64,000 nucleotides of DNA from Acidimicrobiia bacterium (GCA_028376655.1 JAONAZ010000003.1:18109-82108); one strand, 5' to 3'; shown: positions 53,365 to 63,249, counted from the stretch's first letter. Numbers and translations: made by a program. The notes: a model not told the origin generated them from the letters alone.

Positions 53365-55856
53365 TCATTCTTTATGGGGATAAAGGCAGAGATTTCTTCT
53401 TCTTTAGCAAGTTTCATTACCTTTACTCCCTGAGCTGCTCTGCTCATTTTTTTAATTTGCTTCACAGCACATCTTATTGCTGTTCCACCAGTACTCATAA
53501 GCATAACCTCAGTATCTTCATCAACCGAGCGTGCTCCAATTAAATCTCCCTTAACATCTGTGACTTTTAAAGCTTTAACACCCATTCCACCCCTACCTGC
53601 CTTTCTAAATTCATCGAGGTTTGTTCTCTTTCCATATCCTTTTGCAGTTATGAATAATAGAGTTTCATCTCTAGATGTAGCGGCACCAACAACCTTGTCT
53701 CCTTCACGGAGTTTTATACCCCTAACACCCATCGCAGTTCTTCCTTGTGGCTTAAGATTATTTTCATCAAACCTAATGGCCTGACCTTTTTGAGAAACTA
53801 ATATAACATCTTCTTTACCTGAGGTAGTTTTTACAGAAACAACTTTGTCATCTTCTTTTAGTTTTATAGCTTGTAAAGATTTGTAATTTGAATCAAAGTC
53901 TTTAAATGCAGATTTTTTAATTGTACCCTTTTCAGTCATGATGAGTAAAAATTTCTCAGTTTCATAATCTCTTGTATCAATAATTGCTTGGATTTTCTCA
54001 TCCTGAGACATTGATAAAACATTATGAATTAAAGACCCTTGTGCGGTTCTAGTTGTCTTTGGCAATTCGTGAGCTTTAGCTCTATAAACTTTTCCTTGAT
54101 CTGTAAAAAATAATAAATATGCATGTACTGATGTAGATAGCAGGTGTTCAATAACATCCTCATCAGATGAGGCTGCTTTTACACCTTTACCACCTCTTCC
54201 TTGTTTCTTGTAAGCAGTAGAGGGGACAGCTTTCACATAACCATTTGAAGAAACTGATACAATAATTTCTTCATCTTCAATTAAATCTTCGATTGAGACT
54301 TCGCCAACATCTGGCACAATACGTGTTCTTCTTTCATCGCCAAATTTTTTTGTTATTTCTTCTAATTCTTCAACAAGAATATCGTCTTGTTTTTTTCTAC
54401 TTTTAAGAATTATTCCAAGTTCTTTGATTGTTTTTTTAAGTTCTACTTTTTCCTCTTCAAGTTTTTCCCTTTCTAGTGCAGTTAATCTTCGAAGTGGCAT
54501 ATCAAGAATGTGTGATGCTTGAATTTCAGAAAATTTAAATTTTTTCATTAAAGAGTTTCTTGCTGTTTCTGCGTCTTTAGATGCACGTATAACCTTTATA
54601 ATTTGGTCTATTTTATCTAGAGCTAATATTAAGCCTTCAACAATATGAAGCCTGTCTTCTGCTTTTCTTAATCTGTATTGAGTTCTTCTTTGTATCACGT
54701 CGATTTGGTGTTCTATGTAATAATTAATTAATTGTGGTACAGACAATACCTTTGGAACACCGTCAACAAGTGCAACTGAATTTACTGCAAAAGTATCTTG
54801 TAATTGTGTTTGTTTAAAAAGATGGTTGAGAACAACTTGTGGAACAGCATCTCTTTTAAGTTCGATGACCAGTCTTGTACCGTTTCTATCACTACTTTCA
54901 TTTCTTAGATCTGAAACACCTGATAGTTTTTTATCTTGTACTAGTGATGCAATTTTTTCCATTATTCTATCGATTGACGCTTGATATGGAAGTTCTTTTA
55001 CAATGATTGCAGATTTACCTTTTCCAAGTTCTTCAACATCTGCAACAGCTCTTAATTTAATAGAGCCTCTACCTTTTAAAATTGCATCTTTAATTGTTGG
55101 AGTATCCACGACAAGACCTCCAGTAGGAAAATCAGGTGCTTTTATTATTTTTAAATAATCTGAGGGTTTTGGATTTTTTGTATTCAGTGTAAATTTAACA
55201 GCCTCAGTAATCTCTCTTAAATTATAAGGAGGCATATTTGTAGCCATAGCAACAGCGATACCTTCTGCACCGTTTATAAGAAGGTTTGGGAATCTTCCTG
55301 GTAAAACTTTTGGTTCAAAACTTTCTCCCGAGTAGTTTGGTTCAAAAGTAACAGTATCCTCATCAATTCCATCTAAAAGTTGTGATGAAAGTGAAGACAT
55401 TCTTGATTCTGTATACCTCATTGCAGCGGGTGGATCATCTGGTGTACCAAAGTTTCCTTGAGGTTCAATTAATGGATAACGTGTACTGAAATGTTGGCCT
55501 AATCTAACCAAAGTTCCATAAATTGCATCGTTTCCGTGTGGGTGATAGTTACCCATTACATCACCGACAACTTTTGAACATTTTCTAAATGGACCAGTGG
55601 GTCTTATTCCTGTTTCATACATTGAATACAATATTCTTCTTTGTACTGGTTTAAGTCCATCTTTTACATCGGGCAGAGCCCTTGAGACAATTACAGCCAT
55701 TGCATAATCTAGAAATGATTTGGATATCTCATCTTCGACCTGAATAGATGTTTCATTGTTAATCATTTTTGTGTCGACATCATTTTTAGCTGCTGGTTTT
55801 TTAGCTGCTGGTTTTTTAGCTGCTGGTTTTTTAGCTGAGGGCTGTTTTTTAACCAT
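53361..55856 (-). CDS. gyrA: DNA gyrase subunit A with a Lys/Pro/Ala-rich N-terminal extension
   Basis: The 831 aa ORF has the catalytic region AMRYTE, the QRDR-like block GNYHPHGNDAIY and a C-terminal beta-pinwheel with the GyrA-box-like QGRGGKG. Its start overlaps the gyrB stop (TAATG). Confidence 0.95.
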   Translation of the reverse strand: MVKKQPSAKKPAAKKPAAKKPAAKNDVDTKMINNETSIQVEDEISKSFLDYAMAVIVSRALPDVKDGLKPVQRRILYSMYETGIRPTGPFRKCSKVVGDVMGNYHPHGNDAIYGTLVRLGQHFSTRYPLIEPQGNFGTPDDPPAAMRYTESRMSSLSSQLLDGIDEDTVTFEPNYSGESFEPKVLPGRFPNLLINGAEGIAVAMATNMPPYNLREITEAVKFTLNTKNPKPSDYLKIIKAPDFPTGGLVVDTPTIKDAILKGRGSIKLRAVADVEELGKGKSAIIVKELPYQASIDRIMEKIASLVQDKKLSGVSDLRNESSDRNGTRLVIELKRDAVPQVVLNHLFKQTQLQDTFAVNSVALVDGVPKVLSVPQLINYYIEHQIDVIQRRTQYRLRKAEDRLHIVEGLILALDKIDQIIKVIRASKDAETARNSLMKKFKFSEIQASHILDMPLRRLTALEREKLEEEKVELKKTIKELGIILKSRKKQDDILVEELEEITKKFGDERRTRIVPDVGEVSIEDLIEDEEIIVSVSSNGYVKAVPSTAYKKQGRGGKGVKAASSDEDVIEHLLSTSVHAYLLFFTDQGKVYRAKAHELPKTTRTAQGSLIHNVLSMSQDEKIQAIIDTRDYETEKFLLIMTEKGTIKKSAFKDFDSNYKSLQAIKLKEDDKVVSVKTTSGKEDVILVSQKGQAIRFDENNLKPQGRTAMGVRGIKLREGDKVVGAATSRDETLLFITAKGYGKRTNLDEFRKAGRGGMGVKALKVTDVKGDLIGARSVDEDTEVMLMSTGGTAIRCAVKQIKKMSRAAQGVKVMKLAKEEEISAFIPIKND
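55783..55842. repeat. 15-nt tandem repeat (3 perfect copies plus 1 partial) inside the gyrA 5' end
   Basis: The unit TTTTTAGCTGCTGGT occurs three times in tandem on the + strand, followed by a diverged fourth copy. On the - strand it encodes AKKPAAKKPAAKKPAAK. Confidence 0.9.
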
Positions 55857-57778
55857 TAAACATCCAAAAATCTAACATCTTTTGCATTTTGTTCTATGAA
55901 TGTTTTTCTTCTAGATACGTCTGTACCCATTAGAATTTCAAACATATCTGCTGCTTTCGCTTCAGCTGCTTTCCCGTCAGCAATATTAACCCTTATAAGA
56001 GTTCTTGATTCTGGATTCATTGCAGTATCCCAAAGTTCTCCTGCATTCATTTCACCTAAACCTTTGAATCGCGAAATAATAAGTTTTTTGTTTTTATTCT
56101 CTTTTTTAAATTCTTCAAGGGCTTCGTCGTCTTTGAGGTAGTTGACCCCACCTGTTGATTTTGCTCTATACAAAGGAGGTTCTGAAATCCAGACTTTTCC
56201 TTCTTTAATTAACCCGGGCATAAATTTAAAAAAGAATGTTAAAAGCAGTGTTCTAATATGTGCACCGTCAACATCCGCATCTGTTAGAAAAATAATTTTA
56301 TCGTATCGCGATTCCTCACCTTTGTATTCTGTATTTATTCCTGTCCCGATTGCTTTAATAAGAGAGCTGATTTCTTCATTTTGAAGCGCTCTATTTTCTG
56401 TTACTTTTTGGACATTTATAATCTTTCCACGAATTGGAAGGATTGCTTGAGTTCTTGATTCTCGTGCTTGTTTTGCAGGACCAGCTGCAGAGTCACCCTC
56501 AACAATAAATAACTCGCTTTCTGAAGGATCTTTAGAAGAACAGTCTGCTAACTTTCCTGGTAATCCGGCTGTTTCAAGTATGCTTTTTCTTTTGGTTAAC
56601 TCTCTAGCCTTTTTGGCACTCATTCTAGCTTTTGCAGCAAGTGCACATCTCTCCACAATGGCTCTTCCCTCTTTTGTGTTTTTTGACAACCATTTTGGTA
56701 ATTCTTGATTGACTAAAACTTGAACTTTTGATTTTATTTCAGTATTCCCAAGTTTTGTTTTTGTTTGTCCTTCAAATTGAGGTTCTTGTACTCTCACTGA
56801 AACCACTCCAGTTAGTCCCTCTCTTATGTCATCGCCGGTAAGTGCTATGTCTGAGTGAAGGTTTCTAGATTTTGCAAAATCATTTATTGCTTTAGTAATA
56901 GCTGTTCTAAGGCCTTCTTCATGAGTTCCGCCTTCTAGTGTGTGGATGTTGTTAGCAAAACTTTTAATAGTTATTTCATCTTCTGCCTTCCATTGTAAAG
57001 CTACCTCGATCTCAGAGTCCTTAGCTTTATCCGAAAATGAAATAACTTTATTATGGAGTACCTCATGTCCTTCATTTAAATAATCAACAAAATCTGTTAA
57101 GCCTCCTTTATATAGAAACTCTTCTTTTGTTGCTGGTTTAACTCTGTTGTCTTTTAAAACAATTTTTAAACCTTTGTTTAAAAATGCTGTCTGTCTTATT
57201 CTTTCTGAAACTATGTTGTATTCAAACGTCTGAGTTTCTGTAAATATTTTCGGATCTGGTAAAAAGTTTACTTTTGTTCCTGTTTTTTTAGAGGGCTTAC
57301 CTTTCTTTATTTTTGAGGTTGGTTTTCCGAAGTCAAAATTTTGGTTCCAGATATGTTCGTCTCTCTGAACCTCTACTTTTACATAAACCGATAATGCATT
57401 AACAACAGAGATGCCAACACCATGTAAACCACCACTAACGGTATATGCGCCTGATTCAAACTTACCTCCAGCATGAAGGGTTGTTAAGACGGTTGTAAGA
57501 GCTGAAACTTTAGTTTTTAGATGTGGTTTTACTGGAATCCCACTTCCGTTGTCAGAAACGGTTACTGAACCATTTTTCTCAAGTTGTATTTCAATAGCAG
57601 TACATCTTCCGGCCATGGCTTCATCAACTGAGTTGTCAACTACCTCCCAAATAAGGTGGTGTAGACCTGTTGGACCGGTTGAACCGATATACATAGCGGG
57701 TCTTTTACGAACAGCCTCAAGACCCTCAAGAATTTTTATATCTTTTGAATCATAGGTGTTAGAATCTTTTTTTGGCAC
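55856..57778 (-). CDS. gyrB: DNA gyrase subunit B
   Basis: The 640 aa ORF has the GHKL ATPase (GLHHLIWEVVDNSVDE, GLHGVG), the Toprim EGDSA and the PLRGKI/DADVDG blocks. Confidence 0.95.
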   Translation of the reverse strand: MPKKDSNTYDSKDIKILEGLEAVRKRPAMYIGSTGPTGLHHLIWEVVDNSVDEAMAGRCTAIEIQLEKNGSVTVSDNGSGIPVKPHLKTKVSALTTVLTTLHAGGKFESGAYTVSGGLHGVGISVVNALSVYVKVEVQRDEHIWNQNFDFGKPTSKIKKGKPSKKTGTKVNFLPDPKIFTETQTFEYNIVSERIRQTAFLNKGLKIVLKDNRVKPATKEEFLYKGGLTDFVDYLNEGHEVLHNKVISFSDKAKDSEIEVALQWKAEDEITIKSFANNIHTLEGGTHEEGLRTAITKAINDFAKSRNLHSDIALTGDDIREGLTGVVSVRVQEPQFEGQTKTKLGNTEIKSKVQVLVNQELPKWLSKNTKEGRAIVERCALAAKARMSAKKARELTKRKSILETAGLPGKLADCSSKDPSESELFIVEGDSAAGPAKQARESRTQAILPIRGKIINVQKVTENRALQNEEISSLIKAIGTGINTEYKGEESRYDKIIFLTDADVDGAHIRTLLLTFFFKFMPGLIKEGKVWISEPPLYRAKSTGGVNYLKDDEALEEFKKENKNKKLIISRFKGLGEMNAGELWDTAMNPESRTLIRVNIADGKAAEAKAADMFEILMGTDVSRRKTFIEQNAKDVRFLDV

Positions 57779-57855
57779 AGATCTCCTAAGAAGCGTTTCT
57801 TTATTTTGTTGTGTACAGCCCCTTGCTGAACTCCTATTTTAGTAGATTAATTACG

Positions 57856-58143
57856 CTATTGTTGGTTATTCAATATTTGAACATCTATAGAAATGAGTTT
57901 TAAGTCTAATTTTTTTTCAATATCTATAAGTATTTTTTGTTCTTCAAGCTCAATTAAATCTTTTACTCGAGAAGATTCTGTATAAATGGTTGCTTTATTG
58001 TTTAAAACCGGTCCTAAGGATATTTCTTTAGACCATTTATATTTATTTTTTGAAAAATAACCTTCTATTTTTTTTGATTTAGAAAAACTTATACCCAGGT
58101 CGTTGGTTTCAACATTTATTTTAGTGGGGTGTTTTGATGCCAC
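57856..58143 (-). CDS. Small protein at the DUF721/DciA position between dnaN and gyrB
   Basis: The 95 aa ORF has a start that overlaps the dnaN stop by 1 nt. The assignment is mainly positional, since actinobacterial Rv0004-like DUF721 lies upstream of gyrB, and the sequence similarity I can see is weak. Confidence 0.4.
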   Translation of the reverse strand: MASKHPTKINVETNDLGISFSKSKKIEGYFSKNKYKWSKEISLGPVLNNKATIYTESSRVKDLIELEEQKILIDIEKKLDLKLISIDVQILNNQQ

Positions 58144-59258
58144 TAATTTGGTCTTACTGGCATTAGTAAATATTTAAAGGTTTCATGTTCTCCTTGTATT
58201 ATGACTGGTTTTTCATTTCCTGAAAAACGCATATATACACTGTTTCCATCTAAAACCTCTATGCCTTGTATTAAATAGTTGGGATTGAATGACATTGTAA
58301 AACCACTTACATCTCCGACGTCTAAACCAAGGGTTTTTATTGAAACCTCTTCACTACCGCCACCAATCTCTTTGTTCACTGTTGTTATTTTTAGAGTTTG
58401 TGGATCTGAAATCTCTATTTTTACAGGTATAAAACCTTCCGCAACAACGGTCGCTCTATCTAGGGTTTCAAGTATGGCGCTTTTGTTAATCTCTATAGAG
58501 AAAAGGTTTTCTTTTGGAAAAAGACTTTGGTATTCCGGGAAGGTTCCTTCAAGTTTTCTAATTGAGGCAGAGAATTTTTTATCATAAAAGTGTAGTTCTC
58601 TTTCTGTTGAGTTTATTTCGATTTTTTCTTCTGTTTGTTCGAATATTCTTGCTGTCTCGTTAAGAGACCTAAAAGAAAGTATTCCTGCGTCCTCTGTTGG
58701 AAAGTTTACTAGATCGTGTGTTGCGAGCCGATAACTGTCTGTTGCTGCCAGTTCTGTTTTTTCATTTGCGTTGTTGAAATAGACTCCGGTCAGTATCGGT
58801 CTTCCTCCTTCTGGTGAAGCTGCTATGCCTACTTTTTTTAAAGCTTCAAAAAGTTCGTGTGGTTCAATACTTTGGCTTTTTTTATCATCATAGTTCTGTT
58901 CAAGCAATGCTTCTGGGTATGTTTGTTCATCAAGTTTTCTTAAAGTAAAGTTTAATTTATTTTGTTCAACTCTTAGTTCGCTACCAATGTCAGAAAAAGT
59001 TACTTCACCCCTTGGTAGTTTTCTAACCATATCAGACAAAACCCTAGAGTTTATAAGAGCTTTTCCATCTATTTCTATCTCTGCTTTTGCTTTAGCTTTA
59101 ATTACTATGTCTAAGTCGGACCCTATTATTTCAATAGAGTCCTCTACTGTTCTGAAATAAATACCTTGAAGAGAAGGTGTCGCTGGACGGGGGTCTACGA
59201 TTCTAGAAACTGTTGAGACTATATTTTTTAACTCACTTGTTTTTATTTTGAACTTCAA
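58143..59258 (-). CDS. dnaN: DNA polymerase III beta sliding clamp
   Basis: The 371 aa ORF starts MKFKI..SEL and has the three-domain clamp pattern and C-terminal LMPVRPN. Confidence 0.93.
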   Translation of the reverse strand: MKFKIKTSELKNIVSTVSRIVDPRPATPSLQGIYFRTVEDSIEIIGSDLDIVIKAKAKAEIEIDGKALINSRVLSDMVRKLPRGEVTFSDIGSELRVEQNKLNFTLRKLDEQTYPEALLEQNYDDKKSQSIEPHELFEALKKVGIAASPEGGRPILTGVYFNNANEKTELAATDSYRLATHDLVNFPTEDAGILSFRSLNETARIFEQTEEKIEINSTERELHFYDKKFSASIRKLEGTFPEYQSLFPKENLFSIEINKSAILETLDRATVVAEGFIPVKIEISDPQTLKITTVNKEIGGGSEEVSIKTLGLDVGDVSGFTMSFNPNYLIQGIEVLDGNSVYMRFSGNEKPVIIQGEHETFKYLLMPVRPN

Positions 59259-59375
59259 TTTACTCCTATATATATTTAATAATAATAAAGCTGTCGGACA
59301 TGTTGAAAAACTTTTTAAAACAAAGTAAACAAAGGTTTTTGATGTTGAGTGTTTTGAACAAAACAGACATAAAAA

Positions 59376-60683
59376 TTAAGAAGCTTCCACCATATTTAAC
59401 TTATTGTCGAAACTGTTCACTTCCTTTAACACAACTGCAGAGTTTTTCCCTTTTTTTAAATACGACAAAACAGTCGAGTGAGAACGGTTTCCAAGATATA
59501 GACCAATTTGAGTCAAAGAAAGATCTGTATGCTTTCTCATTAAAACAACCAAAAGGTGTCTAGCAGCACTCACTTCCAAGCTTCTATTTTTTGAAGCAAT
59601 GAGTTTTTTATCTATTTGATGAAGACTAGAAACGTAATCAAATAGATACTCGGGGGTTAAAATAAACGTATTCTTGTTTAGTAAGTTTTTAACTAATCCT
59701 GTTATATAATCAGAATTATTAACACCTGTTTGTTTATTAAGCACAAGACTATTAACAATGCCATTAATATCTCTAAAACTGGAAATATCAATATTAGACA
59801 AATCTTCAATATTTGAAAAAGTTAGTAAATTATTATCATTTTCTTCATTTGTTTTAGTTAAGAATTCTTTAAACATTTCTGAACTAGGTTGTTCAATATC
59901 TGTTACAAGCCCATTTAATATACGTGAGATTAATCTTTCAGGAAATCCAAGTAAGTCTTGTGGTTTTTGATCAGAAACCAAAACTACAGCTTTATTGTTA
60001 TTTAAGAAATAATTAATAGTATGAAAAAGTTCTTCAGAAACTCCCTTTTTGCCCATAAAAAACTGAATATCATCAATTAACAAAATATCAACAGATCTAA
60101 TTTTGTTTTTAAATAAATCGATGCTTTGATTTTTAATTCCCGAAACATAAGACTCAAGAAACGATTCTGAGTCAATATAATAAGATGACCGAGAAGACTC
60201 CTCCATAGTTTTTAATAAATGAGTTTTACCAACACCAGGTTTTCCGTGGATAAACAGGGGATTAAACCTACTTCCGGGGTTCTGAACAACATTTTTTGCA
60301 GCTGTGATAGCTAAATTATTAGAACTTCCAGTTAAAAGATTGTTGAAAACACTTAAATCAACTTCAAAAACTTTTTCTTCTTTGTCGTTAATAGGCTTTT
60401 CAGGGTAAGAATCAGTGATAGTTTGTATGTCGACTTTCTTTAATTTTATACTTGGATCTAAAACAAAAATACAATTATGGATTCCAGAGATTTTCTCAGA
60501 AATAGATAATAATTTTTTATATATTTTTTTTTCAATTGACGATTTAACAAATTCTGAATTTATACATATATTTAAATCACCATCTACAATTTGAAAATCT
60601 ATTTGATCTAACCAATATGTTTCGGTCTTACTAAATTCTTCTTGAGAAATCTTTTGTCTAAAAATTTGTAAATCCTGATTCAT
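59376..60683 (-). CDS. dnaA: Chromosomal replication initiator DnaA
   Basis: The 435 aa ORF has the AAA+ Walker A GKPGVGKTHL, Walker B LLIDDIQF and the domain IV helix-turn-helix (LSLTQIGLYLGNRSHSTVL). Confidence 0.93.
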   Translation of the reverse strand: MNQDLQIFRQKISQEEFSKTETYWLDQIDFQIVDGDLNICINSEFVKSSIEKKIYKKLLSISEKISGIHNCIFVLDPSIKLKKVDIQTITDSYPEKPINDKEEKVFEVDLSVFNNLLTGSSNNLAITAAKNVVQNPGSRFNPLFIHGKPGVGKTHLLKTMEESSRSSYYIDSESFLESYVSGIKNQSIDLFKNKIRSVDILLIDDIQFFMGKKGVSEELFHTINYFLNNNKAVVLVSDQKPQDLLGFPERLISRILNGLVTDIEQPSSEMFKEFLTKTNEENDNNLLTFSNIEDLSNIDISSFRDINGIVNSLVLNKQTGVNNSDYITGLVKNLLNKNTFILTPEYLFDYVSSLHQIDKKLIASKNRSLEVSAARHLLVVLMRKHTDLSLTQIGLYLGNRSHSTVLSYLKKGKNSAVVLKEVNSFDNKLNMVEAS

Positions 60684-60956
60684 GTTCTATATAAAACTAA
60701 TAAAGAATGACAAAATTTCATAGAGTGTGAAAACCAAACTTAATAAAAGTTAAATTTTCAATATGCATAAAAAGACTATATATCATTGACTTATATAGAG
60801 GAAATATTTAATAATTTAAATTAAATATTTTAGATTACGATTATTAGTTAATTTAGTTTTCGCGAGGATAGTTCTGATTTCGCGAACTAAAAATAATAAA
60901 TTATATTTAGTTTGTTTAAATAATTTATCGCTTTATTGTGATTGCACAGGAGAAAA
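60684..60956. other. AT-rich rpmH-dnaA intergenic region (candidate oriC/dnaA promoter region)
   Basis: This 273 bp region is very AT-rich. It has one 8/9 DnaA-box-like element (gTTTTCACA, - strand, 60726-60734) and two TTTCGCGA repeats 20 bp apart (60858, 60878). I could not confidently identify a full box array. Confidence 0.35.
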
Positions 60957-61091
60957 ATGAAAAGAACTTATCAACCTAGCAATAGAAAAAGAAGCAGGAA
61001 ACACGGTTTTAGATTAAGAATGCGTACCAGAGCTGGAAGACAAATCCTTAAAAGGAGAAGAAGCAAGGGACGCAAAATAATTTCTGCGTAG
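60957..61091 (+). CDS. rpmH: 50S ribosomal protein L34
   Basis: This 44 aa ORF is below the ORF-track cutoff and reads [44 protein letters not shown], the canonical L34 sequence. Confidence 0.93.
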   Translation: MKRTYQPSNRKRSRKHGFRLRMRTRAGRQILKRRRSKGRKIISA

Positions 61092-61095
61092 TTAA

Positions 61096-61419
61096 TTGTT
61101 AAGTTTTACTGCACTAAACATTAGTCAACATTTTAAGAACCTGAAAAAAGACGAAAACGCTATTAACGTTGGTGGTTTAAAAGTTTATATAAAAATAAAC
61201 AACCTAGAAACTTCCAGGCTTGGAATAAACATATCAAGCAACGGGACAAACGCGGTTAATAGAAATAAATTTAAAAGAAGGATAAAAGAGGCTGTAAGGG
61301 GTTTAGAGATAAAACATAATGTAGATATATATGTTATTGGTTCAATACAATCTTCCAAAATGAACTTAAAAGATATAAATAAAATATTAAAATCTCATCC
61401 CGAACTTACAAATAAATGA
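61096..61419 (+). CDS. rnpA: Ribonuclease P protein component
   Basis: The 107 aa basic ORF has a TTG start and the RNR-like motif (AVNRNKFKRRIKE). Its position directly after rpmH is conserved. Confidence 0.8.
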   Translation: MLSFTALNISQHFKNLKKDENAINVGGLKVYIKINNLETSRLGINISSNGTNAVNRNKFKRRIKEAVRGLEIKHNVDIYVIGSIQSSKMNLKDINKILKSHPELTNK

Positions 61420-61631
61420 AAATTTCAAAAATATTTTATGTAATAGTTAGATCTTTACTTAATTTCTTTGGCTTTGGTCAAGGAAATTGTTTATATTATC
61501 CTACCTGCAGCGAAGTTATTAGTAACTCTATTGAAAAAAGTGGATTAATAAAGACATTTCCTTTAATTTTAAAAAGGGTTTATATTTGCAACCCATTATA
61601 TATAAAATTTGGTAAAAATTGGCAATATTAG
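61416..61631 (+). CDS. yidD: Membrane protein insertion efficiency factor YidD
   Basis: The 71 aa ORF has the conserved C.YYPTCSE motif and sits between rnpA and yidC. Confidence 0.8.
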   Translation: MKISKIFYVIVRSLLNFFGFGQGNCLYYPTCSEVISNSIEKSGLIKTFPLILKRVYICNPLYIKFGKNWQY

Positions 61632-62458
61632 AACCATTCGCACTCGCTATTGGGTTTTTATTATCATATTCTTTTGATTTTACAAATTCCTATGGTTTTT
61701 CTATAGTCGCATTAACAATTATTATTAATATAATAATATTTCCTTTGACCTTAAGGCAAACAAGGTCAACTAAAAGAATGCAAGATATTCAACCAGAACT
61801 TAAAAAATTACAAAAACAACACAAAGATAATAAAGAGCAGTTAAATAAAGAAATTGCAGATCTCTATAAAACAAAAGGCATCAATCCACTTGGTTGTGTT
61901 TTACCATTAATTATTCAAATGCCAGTATGGTTTGCACTTTTTAGAGTTCTTAGAGAGCCCCTTGATTTTATACCCAAGGATGCATCATTATTCCCGCAGT
62001 TAGGCGATCCATCGAGTATTTTGTTCTACACCATGGATCTTCAAATTCCTGCATCTGAAATAGCCACCTGGATTGATAGAATTCCGTATTTAGTACTTAT
62101 TTTGTTTGTTATATTGACGGCTTTATACCAACAAAGCCAACTGACAAAGAAAACAGGTAATTCAAATAATCCACAAGCACAACAAATGCAAATGATTGGA
62201 AAAATAATGCCTCTATTTTTTGGATTTATATCATGGACACTTCCTTCAGGGTTAGTTGTATATTTTTTAACAGGAAATATATTTAGGATTGGACAGCAAG
62301 CTTTAATCGTTAAAATTGAAGAAAATCAAAAAGATAAAGAGAATCAAAAAAGTCAAAAAGATCAAAAAGAGGATAATAATAAATCTGAAACATCAACTGA
62401 AAATAACGATGAAAAAGATGATCCTCGAAAAAACAGAAAAAAAAGAAGGAGAAAATAA
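61619..62458 (+). CDS. yidC: Membrane protein insertase YidC (short Gram-positive type) with a Lys/Asp-rich tail
   Basis: The 279 aa ORF has IFPLTLRQTRS, MQDIQPELKKLQ, GINPLGCVLP.IIQMPVWFAL and GLVVYF blocks. Confidence 0.85.
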   Translation: MAILEPFALAIGFLLSYSFDFTNSYGFSIVALTIIINIIIFPLTLRQTRSTKRMQDIQPELKKLQKQHKDNKEQLNKEIADLYKTKGINPLGCVLPLIIQMPVWFALFRVLREPLDFIPKDASLFPQLGDPSSILFYTMDLQIPASEIATWIDRIPYLVLILFVILTALYQQSQLTKKTGNSNNPQAQQMQMIGKIMPLFFGFISWTLPSGLVVYFLTGNIFRIGQQALIVKIEENQKDKENQKSQKDQKEDNNKSETSTENNDEKDDPRKNRKKRRRK

Positions 62459-63249
62459 TGTCAAATAAATGGGTAGAGGTCGAAGCAAAAACCATAGATG
62501 ACGCAATAAAAGCAGGCTTAAAAGAACTAAACCTTGAAGATGCAACACAAGCAAATATCAATATTTTAAGAGAACCTGAAGGCGGCGTTTTTGGAGTGGG
62601 TGGTACAAAAGCATTGGTACGTATTTCAGTTAGAAATGGTGTACAAAACAATAGTCGAGATGGAAACAATCGTGGAGGAAATACACGTAGTTATAGCCAA
62701 AATAAAAGAACTCCTAAAAATAATGATAAGAAAAGAGATTATGAAAAGAAACCAAGAGTTGAAGCAGATCCTAAAGAGCAACTGGATGTTTCTATAAAAT
62801 TCTTAGAAGGATTAATCAACTCATTTGGACTAAAAGGAACTGTTACTGGTGAATTAGATGATCAAAACCTTCTTGTAGCCGTTAAAGGAGAACAAACAGA
62901 GGCTTTAGTCGGAGAAAAAGGAAATATCATCCGTTCATTACATGAATTAACAAGAACGGTTATACAAAGAAAAACAGGTGCTGGCACAAGATTGAGACTT
63001 GATGTAGCAGATTATGCAGTTAAAAGAAAAGAAGCTTTAACCATTTATGCAGAAAGGCTTACAAAACAAATACTTGAAGATCATCAAGAAGTTATGCTTG
63101 AACCTATGAATTCTGTGGATAGAAAAACTCTACACGATGCAGTTTCTAACATAGAAGGAATACAATCTTATTCTGAAGGAAGAGAACCCTATAGATCTGT
63201 TGTTTTTGCACCGACTGAAAAACAAGGAAGTAAAAAAGAAGAAGAATGA
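62458..63249 (+). CDS. jag: Jag/KhpB RNA-binding protein (Jag_N, KH and R3H domains)
   Basis: The 263 aa ORF has an N-terminal Jag_N domain (VEVEAKTIDDAIKAGLKEL), a central basic linker and a C-terminal R3H-like domain (LEPMNSVDRKTLHDAV). Its position after yidC is conserved. Confidence 0.8.
   Translation: MSNKWVEVEAKTIDDAIKAGLKELNLEDATQANINILREPEGGVFGVGGTKALVRISVRNGVQNNSRDGNNRGGNTRSYSQNKRTPKNNDKKRDYEKKPRVEADPKEQLDVSIKFLEGLINSFGLKGTVTGELDDQNLLVAVKGEQTEALVGEKGNIIRSLHELTRTVIQRKTGAGTRLRLDVADYAVKRKEALTIYAERLTKQILEDHQEVMLEPMNSVDRKTLHDAVSNIEGIQSYSEGREPYRSVVFAPTEKQGSKKEEE

Noticed and set aside
59259-59375. DnaA boxes in the dnaA-dnaN spacer, for example CTGTCGGACA.
   Set aside because: The best candidates need an indel or at least 3 mismatches against TTGTCCACA/TTATCCACA, which is not convincing.
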